From Bacillota bacterium (GTDB taxonomy: Bacteria > Bacillota > Clostridia > TANB77 > CAG-508): DNA of 39,589 nt. Each line of letters opens with the position of its first letter. Positions within the stretch are counted from its first letter, which is position 1. The translations under genes were made by a program, and so were the position numbers. The stretch covers positions 1 through 39,589 of the forward strand of contig CAWVME010000138.1 of the NCBI GenBank assembly GCA_963930325.1, in the 5' to 3' direction. Shown piece by piece: positions 1 through 6,300 of this stretch. The notes below the pieces were generated by a model. The model saw only the letters and a list, made by a program, of their open reading frames with translations, had not been told where the DNA came from and did no database searches.

Positions 1-156
1 ATAAAGAAAAGTGCAACCATTTATGTTGTAGGAGCAGTATTATTATTTGGAGCAGTAGGAGTGCTACAAATTATTAAAGGATTTACAGAAGATGCTGGAT
101 TAGATGATATAGATGGAACAACACCTATCCAAAATGATCAAACAATGACGATATAA
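1..156 (+). CDS. 3' fragment of a pilin-like (VirB2/TrbC-type helical-hairpin) membrane protein, paralog 0; the 5' end lies upstream of the window
   Basis: Frame 1 is open from base 1 to TAA at 154-156. It reads IKKSATIYVVGAVLLFGAVGVLQIIKGF..., co-linear with IKKTATIYIIGAVILFGASGILQIIKNV of the complete paralog at 446-916. It is absent from the ORF track because it has no start in the window. Confidence 0.6.
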   Translation: MKKSATIYVVGAVLLFGAVGVLQIIKGFTEDAGLDDIDGTTPIQNDQTMTI

Positions 157-226
157 TAAAAGCTTAAATTATAAATTATTGCTAATTAGAAAGGTTAAAG
201 TATCAAAAATTAACTTTAAACAGAGA

Positions 227-255
227 AACAACAATTTCAATATTGTTGTTTTTTT
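227..255 (+). terminator. Rho-independent terminator candidate after paralog 0
   Basis: A 9-bp stem, AACAACAAT (227-235) / ATTGTTGTT (242-250), with a 6-nt loop, followed by T5 (251-255). Confidence 0.55.
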
Positions 256-295
256 GTTGCTCCGGAAATTTCGTTAGAAATTTCCGGAGCAACAA
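254..295. repeat. Perfect 19-bp inverted repeat with a 4-nt spacer
   Basis: TTGTTGCTCCGGAAATTTC (254-272), GTTA, GAAATTTCCGGAGCAACAA (277-295); the arms are exact reverse complements. No T-tract follows, so it is not a standard terminator. Confidence 0.9.
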
Positions 296-383
296 AGTTA
301 GAATCATTTAAGATGTGCGTATTTATAAAGCAAAAAGGCTTGTGATTATTTTGCTTAAAACTGGAATAAACCAAAGAAAAAAG

Positions 384-412
384 TTGATTTTAGGCGCTTT
401 TTGTATTATAAT
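384..412 (+). promoter_or_regulatory. Sigma-A-type promoter candidate for the pilin-like genes at 446-3043
   Basis: TTGATT (384-389), a 17-nt spacer, then TATAAT (407-412), 34 nt upstream of the ATG at 446. Confidence 0.5.
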
Positions 413-445
413 AAAAGAAAGGGAATTTTTTCTGGGAGGTGCAAA

Positions 446-916
446 ATGAAAACAAGTATAACAATAAAAATAATTTTTTTAATATCAATTATAAGTATTT
501 TTACAATCGGAAATTGTTTAGCAACAAATGGGTGGGATATAGAAATAACTCCCAATTCTGACCTAGGAAGCGACAATGATCAAAAAATTGTAAATGCTGG
601 AAATCAAATTATAGGAATAATACAAATGGTTGGGGTTGCTATAGCAGTTGTTATGCTTATAATGCTTGGAATAAAATATATGATAGCAGCACCAGACGAA
701 AAAGCAGATATAAAAAAGACCGCAACTATTTATATTATAGGAGCAGTAATATTATTTGGAGCGAGTGGAATTTTACAAATAATAAAAAATGTTGTTACAG
801 GACAACAACACATACATGATTATCAAGAGGTAAGTAGCTATACTCAAAATGGAAGAGTCGTAACAGTAATGCGTTGCACTATATGTGGAGCAGAAGAAGA
901 GTTTATGCAAATATAA
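446..916 (+). CDS. Pilin-like (VirB2/TrbC-type hairpin) secreted membrane protein, paralog 1, with an extra C-terminal tail
   Basis: The start is trimmed from the track ORF (401) to the ATG at 446, behind RBS GGGAGG. The 156-aa product has a signal peptide (...IGNCLA/TNG). The hairpin reads VAIAVVMLIMLGIKYMIAAPDEKADIKKTATIYIIGAVILFGASG. A 37-aa tail follows, containing CTIC. Confidence 0.75.
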   Translation: MKTSITIKIIFLISIISIFTIGNCLATNGWDIEITPNSDLGSDNDQKIVNAGNQIIGIIQMVGVAIAVVMLIMLGIKYMIAAPDEKADIKKTATIYIIGAVILFGASGILQIIKNVVTGQQHIHDYQEVSSYTQNGRVVTVMRCTICGAEEEFMQI

Positions 917-948
917 ACAAATATAAATTAGAAAGAATGGTGAGAAAA

Positions 949-1305
949 ATGAGAAAAAAGAAAATAATTTGCATATCAATTTTAATTCTAATGATAACCT
1001 TATTTTCCACTTGCGTATATGCAACACCAATTGATTCTATTATGGAACAAGTACAATCACCAGATGGAGATATCATCACTAGGGGAGATAGTATAAGGGG
1101 GAAAATATTATTTATTGTACAATTAATAGGAACTATTGTAGCTATTTGTACTCTTTTAGTACTTGGAATTAAATATATGATAGCAGCGCCAGATGGAAAA
1201 GCCAATATAAAAAAACAGGCTATAATTTATATAATAGGAGCATTTTTCCTATTCGGAGCAGTTGGAGTTGTAGAGATTATTAAACAGTTTGGAACAGGGT
1301 TATAA
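949..1305 (+). CDS. Pilin-like hairpin protein, paralog 2
   Basis: ATG at 949 behind GGTGAG (ATG at 937 is an alternative; the track start at 874 is unlikely). The 118-aa product has a signal peptide (...STCVYA/TPI) and the hairpin LLVLGIKYMIAAPDGKANIKKQAIIYIIGAFFLFGAVG. Confidence 0.75.
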   Translation: MRKKKIICISILILMITLFSTCVYATPIDSIMEQVQSPDGDIITRGDSIRGKILFIVQLIGTIVAICTLLVLGIKYMIAAPDGKANIKKQAIIYIIGAFFLFGAVGVVEIIKQFGTGL

Positions 1306-1364
1306 TAAATTAATAAAAAGTAATTTATAAATTTAAACAGTAAATAAAAAAGTGAGGTGAGAAA

Positions 1365-2669
1365 ATGATTAAAAATATGAGAAAAATAATATTAATTTTT
1401 TTACTTATATGTGTCATTTTCTCTTTTAAAACGGTAAAAGCTGATTCTGCAAGTGCACAACAAGCCTTAGATAAATTATTATTAGAAATTAGAGACAAGG
1501 TAAAAGATCCTAATATTTCGATAGATGAGAAAAAACAATTATTAATTTCATATGGCTGTTCACAAGGAACTGGAACAGACACAGATGAACTTGCAAGTAT
1601 AAATAATTATAATAGCAATGCCGAAATTCAGGCAATTTTGCAAGATCATGGGGTAGCAGGAAAAGTAACATATAAAATAGTGTTTGACCCAGAATGGGCA
1701 GATACAATGGTAGATAGCTATATTAAATCAAATGAAATTGGAAACTATAATGAAGATAAAAATGAATGGACTTTTGAGACAATAGAAGAGTGGAATGCAG
1801 GGAAACAATATCTGATAGATGAATGGGGGACCCAAGCTGAAATTAGTTGTGACGAAGAACTGTATAATCAACAAGGAGATACATATTTTAACGAATGCTT
1901 TGGAGAATATTGCTATATAGCAGTATCTAATGAAATGCCAAACCAAGCTGAGTATGAAGCTTTAAGAAGCTATTTTATAGATGGCTTAAATCGTATAAGA
2001 GCAAATGAAGTAACAGATGAAAACGGAAATGATGTTTATATAGATCCAACTGGTGGAAATACAGTTACTAATCCTTCAGAAAATCAAACAACAACTAACA
2101 CACCAACCACAAATTCACCTACAATGGAATTTATAAAACAAAAACTACAAGAATGTAAGGAAAGATATGAACAAGAGTATTATAAAACAATTAATAATGT
2201 AAAAGAATTAGAAGGACTTGGAACAGAACTTCGAGTTTTTAAAGAAAGATATACAGAAGAACTAGATATGTATAGAGACAAACTAATAGATGAAGGACTA
2301 AATCCACAAATAATAGATCAGTGTATAAACATGATTAATAGACAAATACAAAGATTGGAATATACAGTACAAACACCAGAGGGTATGGTAAACCAAGCAC
2401 AGGAATTTGTAAATCAAACACCTGCTATTTCACTTAATGAAATTGCAGGAAGCATTGTACCTATAGGAAAAGCAGCAGTTGCTATTGCTTTAGTTATTTT
2501 ACTAATTGTAACTATAATAATGGGAATAAAATACACTATGGCAGATCCTCAATCTAGAGGGCATTTGAAACAACAATTAGTAGGATTAGTAATATCTACA
2601 TTTGTAGTATTTGGAGCTTATGCTTTATGGGATTTTGTATATAGACTAGTAGTAGCAATATTTGAATAA
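1365..2669 (+). CDS. Large secreted protein whose C terminus is a pilin-like hairpin, paralog 3 (long type)
   Basis: RBS GAGGTGA. The 434-aa product has a signal peptide (...KTVKA/DSA). A roughly 335-aa ectodomain follows, with several Cys, a Thr/Asn-rich linker (TNPSENQTTTNTPTTNSPT) and a coiled-coil-like stretch. The C terminus reads LLIVTIIMGIKYTMADPQSRGHLKQQLVGLVISTFVVFGAYALW. Confidence 0.75.
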   Translation: MIKNMRKIILIFLLICVIFSFKTVKADSASAQQALDKLLLEIRDKVKDPNISIDEKKQLLISYGCSQGTGTDTDELASINNYNSNAEIQAILQDHGVAGKVTYKIVFDPEWADTMVDSYIKSNEIGNYNEDKNEWTFETIEEWNAGKQYLIDEWGTQAEISCDEELYNQQGDTYFNECFGEYCYIAVSNEMPNQAEYEALRSYFIDGLNRIRANEVTDENGNDVYIDPTGGNTVTNPSENQTTTNTPTTNSPTMEFIKQKLQECKERYEQEYYKTINNVKELEGLGTELRVFKERYTEELDMYRDKLIDEGLNPQIIDQCINMINRQIQRLEYTVQTPEGMVNQAQEFVNQTPAISLNEIAGSIVPIGKAAVAIALVILLIVTIIMGIKYTMADPQSRGHLKQQLVGLVISTFVVFGAYALWDFVYRLVVAIFE

Positions 2670-2683
2670 AAGGAGTTGGTAAA

Positions 2684-3043
2684 ATGAAAAAAAATATCTA
2701 TAGGATTTTAATTATTTGTATAATCAGTTTTATATTTCTTTCAATTACTGGATATTGTCTTGCAGTAGACACTTCTCAATATGAAGGAATTACTCAAATA
2801 GATGGAACAGAAATGGGTCCATTTGCAACTTTTGGTGGACAAATTGTTTATATTTTGCAATTTGTTGGATATAGCGTAGCTGTTATTATGCTAACAGTTA
2901 TGGGAATAAAATATATAATGTCAAGCCCAAATGATAAAGCAGACATAAAGTCTAAACTAGTTCCATATATTATAGGCGCTGTATTATTATTTGCTGGATC
3001 CACAATGCTAAATATAATATATAATATTGCAACAACAATATAA
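2684..3043 (+). CDS. Pilin-like hairpin protein, paralog 4
   Basis: RBS AAAGGAG. The 119-aa product has a signal peptide (...TGYCLA/VDT) and the hairpin VAVIMLTVMGIKYIMSSPNDKADIKSKLVPYIIGAVLLFAGS. Confidence 0.8.
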   Translation: MKKNIYRILIICIISFIFLSITGYCLAVDTSQYEGITQIDGTEMGPFATFGGQIVYILQFVGYSVAVIMLTVMGIKYIMSSPNDKADIKSKLVPYIIGAVLLFAGSTMLNIIYNIATTI

Positions 3044-3057
3044 AACAATCGAAAAAA

Positions 3058-3081
3058 AGGCGACTTTTATAAAAGTCGCCT
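3058..3081. terminator. GC-cored palindromic hairpin after paralog 4
   Basis: AGGCGACTTTTA / TAAAAGTCGCCT is a perfect 24-nt palindrome. An A7 run precedes it but only a weak T-tract follows. The geometry therefore suits stopping minus-strand (antisense) transcription better than + strand read-through. Confidence 0.4.
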
Positions 3082-3138
3082 ATTAGAATAAGTAATTCAT
3101 TTCAAAATTTATTTATTTTGGAAAGGAGGATTATTAAA

Positions 3139-3765
3139 ATGAAAAAAAAGTGGATAAATGGAATTATTCTAATTTTAATAATTATAAATTTACTTATTAC
3201 GCCATGTATTGCAATTACAGAAGCTGAGGCAGATGAAATTATAAGTGATGTGCTTTTATATAATAGTGGTGCAGGAGGAGTAACCTGGAAGGATTTAGAT
3301 AATGAAAAAATTTCAGAAATAACGTCAAAACTAGAAGAAGTTATGAGCAATTTTGATACAATTTATCCACAAGGACATATAAGAAGAAATTCAAAAACAG
3401 AGTTAGAAACAATTTTAAACAGTTTGAAAACCAGTACAAATGTAAATGCAGAAAAACCAAGCTTTGAAAACTTTTGGGAATCTGCCATGAATTTTCTTCG
3501 AATAGGTCAAAAAGGTGGAAATCAAGTATCTTTAGAAGAAGCGAAAGTAGAGCTTGAGGGATTAGCAAAAATTTTAATTATAGCTTCTATTATTATTTTA
3601 TTAATTGCAATTTTTGTAATAGCTATTAAATACATGATGGCAACAAGTAAAGAACAAGCTAAACTAAAAAATAAGTTGATAGGATTAGTTATTGCTACAG
3701 CAATTATAGGTGGAGCATATACTATCTGGAGCTTAGTATATAATTTTATAGCAGGGATCGAGTGA
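3139..3765 (+). CDS. Secreted protein with a C-terminal pilin-like hairpin, paralog 5 (long type)
   Basis: The start is trimmed to the ATG at 3139 behind AAAGGAGG. The 208-aa product has a signal peptide (...ITPCIA/ITE). The C terminus reads LLIAIFVIAIKYMMATSKEQAKLKNKLIGLVIATAIIGGAYTIW. The stop is TGA. Confidence 0.75.
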   Translation: MKKKWINGIILILIIINLLITPCIAITEAEADEIISDVLLYNSGAGGVTWKDLDNEKISEITSKLEEVMSNFDTIYPQGHIRRNSKTELETILNSLKTSTNVNAEKPSFENFWESAMNFLRIGQKGGNQVSLEEAKVELEGLAKILIIASIIILLIAIFVIAIKYMMATSKEQAKLKNKLIGLVIATAIIGGAYTIWSLVYNFIAGIE

Positions 3766-3779
3766 GGATTTATGTAAAC

Positions 3780-3827
3780 ATTACAAAAATATTACAAAGA
3801 TATTACAATTTGATAACTTTTTTACAA
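3780..3827 (+). repeat. Phased TTACAA direct repeats upstream of a promoter
   Basis: ATTACAA occurs at 3780, 3791 and 3802 (exact 11-bp period). A fourth TTACAA lies at 3822-3827. All are 26-73 bp upstream of the -35 element at 3853. Confidence 0.7.
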
Positions 3828-3852
3828 AAGCAGAGGATTTTAGCGTAAAATG

Positions 3853-3881
3853 TTGAAATAAAAAAGTTTTTTAAGTATAAT
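3853..3881 (+). promoter_or_regulatory. Sigma-A-type promoter candidate for paralog 6 and the downstream T4SS genes
   Basis: TTGAAA (3853-3858), a 17-nt spacer, then TATAAT (3876-3881). Confidence 0.55.
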
Positions 3882-3924
3882 TATATTAATTATGGCTGTA
3901 GTTGTACTAAAAGGGGTGAATAAA

Positions 3925-4623
3925 ATGAAAAAAATAATAACAATTGGAATTATAATAATTTTTTGCATACTTTTATTTACTTCACATGCTTATGCGGCTG
4001 ATGAAGAATATACAGAAACTTATATAGATGATAATTATACGGAAGTATATTTTGAAATCGTAGATGTATTTAATTCAGTTGGAATTACAATTGATGATAC
4101 AGATGATGTGATTAGAGAAAAACTTAGTGGATTATCAACTACGCAAAAAGACATTTTGTATAACAATATTGAGACATTTAATTCACTTCCTGGAAGAAGT
4201 ATGTTCGCAGGAGATGGAAATGATTATTTAAATAGAGTCGCGACTCAAATTTCTGATACTCAACCGGTTCAACAACAAGGAACAAGTACAAGTACAAACA
4301 ATAAATTTTCTTTTCCAAGTATAGGAGAGCTATTTCAAAAAGCAAGTGATTTTATTGGATTAGGCGCAAGTGGGGAAACTATTGGAGATGATGATTTAGT
4401 AGATCCAACATTGCAAATAGGAAGAGTTCTTATGACTATTGCAATTATTGTCCTTTTAATAGTAACTATTATTATGGCTATAAAATATATGATAGCAAAT
4501 CCAGAAGAACAAGGGAAATTAAAACAACAATTGGTTGGACTAGTAATTTCAGCGGCAGTTATATTTGGGGCATATATTATATGGCAAATAACAATTAATT
4601 TATTAACAAATGTAACACAATAA
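3925..4623 (+). CDS. Secreted protein with a C-terminal pilin-like hairpin, paralog 6 (long type)
   Basis: The start is trimmed to the ATG at 3925 behind AAGGGGTG. The 232-aa product has a signal peptide (...SHAYA/ADE). An acidic ectodomain carries a QQQGTSTSTNN linker. The C terminus reads LLIVTIIMAIKYMIANPEEQGKLKQQLVGLVISAAVIFGAYIIW. Confidence 0.75.
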   Translation: MKKIITIGIIIIFCILLFTSHAYAADEEYTETYIDDNYTEVYFEIVDVFNSVGITIDDTDDVIREKLSGLSTTQKDILYNNIETFNSLPGRSMFAGDGNDYLNRVATQISDTQPVQQQGTSTSTNNKFSFPSIGELFQKASDFIGLGASGETIGDDDLVDPTLQIGRVLMTIAIIVLLIVTIIMAIKYMIANPEEQGKLKQQLVGLVISAAVIFGAYIIWQITINLLTNVTQ

Positions 4624-4650
4624 ATTAAAAATGCAAAGGAGGAAATTTAA

Positions 4651-4986
4651 ATGGGAACTTATAATATTCCACGTAATTTAAAAGGAGAGTCTAGAATTTT
4701 ATACATATTTTCAGTCAAATCATTAATAACCACCGCTGGAGGAGCCATGATAGGAGGAATCTTCTTTTTGCTATTTAGTAGCATAGGACTCGACACAGTA
4801 GGAATGGTTTTTTTGGCACTATTTGCACTAATAGGTTTTTGCATAGGTGCTATTAAAATACCTACTTTAAACGGAATTAGTTTTACAAAAAAAATAGGAG
4901 GAGAGTCTATAGATGAGATTATACTCCGCTATATGAAATTTAAGAAAAATAGAAGAATTTATATAGATACAAAGGAGGAAAAGTAA
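4651..4986 (+). CDS. PrgI/VirB3-like small T4SS membrane protein
   Basis: RBS AAAGGAGG. The 111-aa product begins YNIPRNLKGESRILYIFSVKSL, followed by two hydrophobic helices. It lies upstream of VirB4, separated by one gene (4987-6222); orf17 of Tn916 and PrgI of pCF10 likewise sit upstream of their VirB4. Confidence 0.65.
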   Translation: MGTYNIPRNLKGESRILYIFSVKSLITTAGGAMIGGIFFLLFSSIGLDTVGMVFLALFALIGFCIGAIKIPTLNGISFTKKIGGESIDEIILRYMKFKKNRRIYIDTKEEK

Positions 4987-6222
4987 ATGGGAGAATCATT
5001 TGTAAATGCGCTTTATATTATTATGATTATACTAGTTTTCTTTATTATTGTACTAGGAGTTTGGCTATTAGTAATTAATCAAAAAGAAAAAAATGCAAAC
5101 AAAGAAAAGAAAAAAGACAATAGCGGAGAAGAAAAGGCAAATGCTAATTCTTACAAACCAGGACTTACAAGAGAAGCTGTACGAAACTTTATGGATTTTG
5201 ATGAGGTAAAAGACAGTATGATCATAAGAAAAAACAAGCAACAGTATGTTATGGTTATACAATGCCAAGGAGTAAACTATGACTTACTTTCAGAAGCAGA
5301 AAAAGTAGCTGTAGAAGAAGGGTTTGTTCAGTTTTTAAATATTTTAAGGTTCCCAATACAATTATACATACAAACACGAAGTTTAAACCTAAGAGAAATT
5401 ACAGACGAATATAAAAAGAAAATAAAAACAATAGAAGAAGAATTAGAAGATATTCAATTGAAACTAAGGGATGCAAGCTTAAAAGGAAATGAGAGATTAG
5501 TAAATGATTTAAAATTCCAAGAAAGGCGTAAGAAAAATATTTTAGAATATGGTACAGATATTACAGAATATGTAGGAAGACTTAGCTTAAATAAAAATGT
5601 ACTACAACAAAAAACATATTTAATTGTTTCATATTTCGCAAATGAGCTTGGGTCAGTAGACACTTATTCTAAAGATGAAATTGCTAACATGTGTTTTTCA
5701 GAATTATACACAAGATGTCAATCAATTATAAGATCACTTGCTACTTCATCTGTAACAGGGAAAGTGCTAAATTCAGAAGAATTAGCAGAACTATTATATG
5801 TAGCCTATAATAGAGATGATGAAGAATTAATTCAATTATCAAAGGCATTAGATGCAGAATATGATAGGCTATACAGCGTAGGAAGAGATGTACTAGATAA
5901 GAAAAAAGAACAAATTGAAAGACAATTGGATATGGATGCAGCAAAACTTGCAACAGATAGCATGTTAGAAGTGGATAAAAAAAGGAAAAAACAAAAAGAA
6001 GAAATTCAAAAAGAAGAGAAAATAAAAAGAAAAGCATTAGGTTTAGTGGAACAATATAGAGACCAAATGGATAGAGATCTTTACCAAGGAACAAAGGAAG
6101 AAATAATAAGAAAATCCGAAGAGAAAAAGGCAAAAATAGCAGGTAAAAAGGGAGAAAAATTATCAGAAGAACAGATAAAAGAAATGAGTAAAAGAACAAT
6201 TAAATCGAAAAAAACCCTATAA
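4987..6222 (+). CDS. Membrane-anchored coiled-coil protein whose central part resembles a VirB4 N-terminal domain; no ATPase motifs
   Basis: The ATG abuts the upstream TAA. The 411-aa product has an N-terminal TM helix (ALYIIMIILVFFIIVLGVWLLVI). The segment FMDFDEVKDSMIIRKNKQQYVMVIQCQGVNYDLLSEAEKVAVEEGFVQFLNILRFPIQLYIQTRS has the pattern seen at the N terminus of VirB4/TraC-type proteins. The C-terminal third is K/E-rich. No Walker A motif is present. Confidence 0.4.
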   Translation: MGESFVNALYIIMIILVFFIIVLGVWLLVINQKEKNANKEKKKDNSGEEKANANSYKPGLTREAVRNFMDFDEVKDSMIIRKNKQQYVMVIQCQGVNYDLLSEAEKVAVEEGFVQFLNILRFPIQLYIQTRSLNLREITDEYKKKIKTIEEELEDIQLKLRDASLKGNERLVNDLKFQERRKKNILEYGTDITEYVGRLSLNKNVLQQKTYLIVSYFANELGSVDTYSKDEIANMCFSELYTRCQSIIRSLATSSVTGKVLNSEELAELLYVAYNRDDEELIQLSKALDAEYDRLYSVGRDVLDKKKEQIERQLDMDAAKLATDSMLEVDKKRKKQKEEIQKEEKIKRKALGLVEQYRDQMDRDLYQGTKEEIIRKSEEKKAKIAGKKGEKLSEEQIKEMSKRTIKSKKTL

Positions 6223-6300
6223 TATCAAGAAAAATAGATATAACTTGGTATAAAAATATCGCTCAAGGAAAAATAACGAAAGATTAAGGAGTGTGTGAAA

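Noticed and set aside
401-445. N-terminal extensions of track ORFs (401, 874, 3118, 3892, 6295, 27011, 32973, 35413)
   Set aside because: In each case an internal ATG sits at proper distance from a GGAGG-like RBS and begins a normal signal peptide, TM helix or conserved N terminus. The upstream extensions overlap terminators, promoters or the previous gene.
5741-6199. 152-aa minus-strand ORF (also 20390-20893, 23522-23893, 6609-6929, 9299-9625 and the other short minus-strand track ORFs between 773 and 24172)
   Set aside because: All are fully nested antisense to + strand genes that have RBSs, family motifs and tight operon spacing. Long antisense ORFs are expected in AT-rich, purine-skewed coding DNA.
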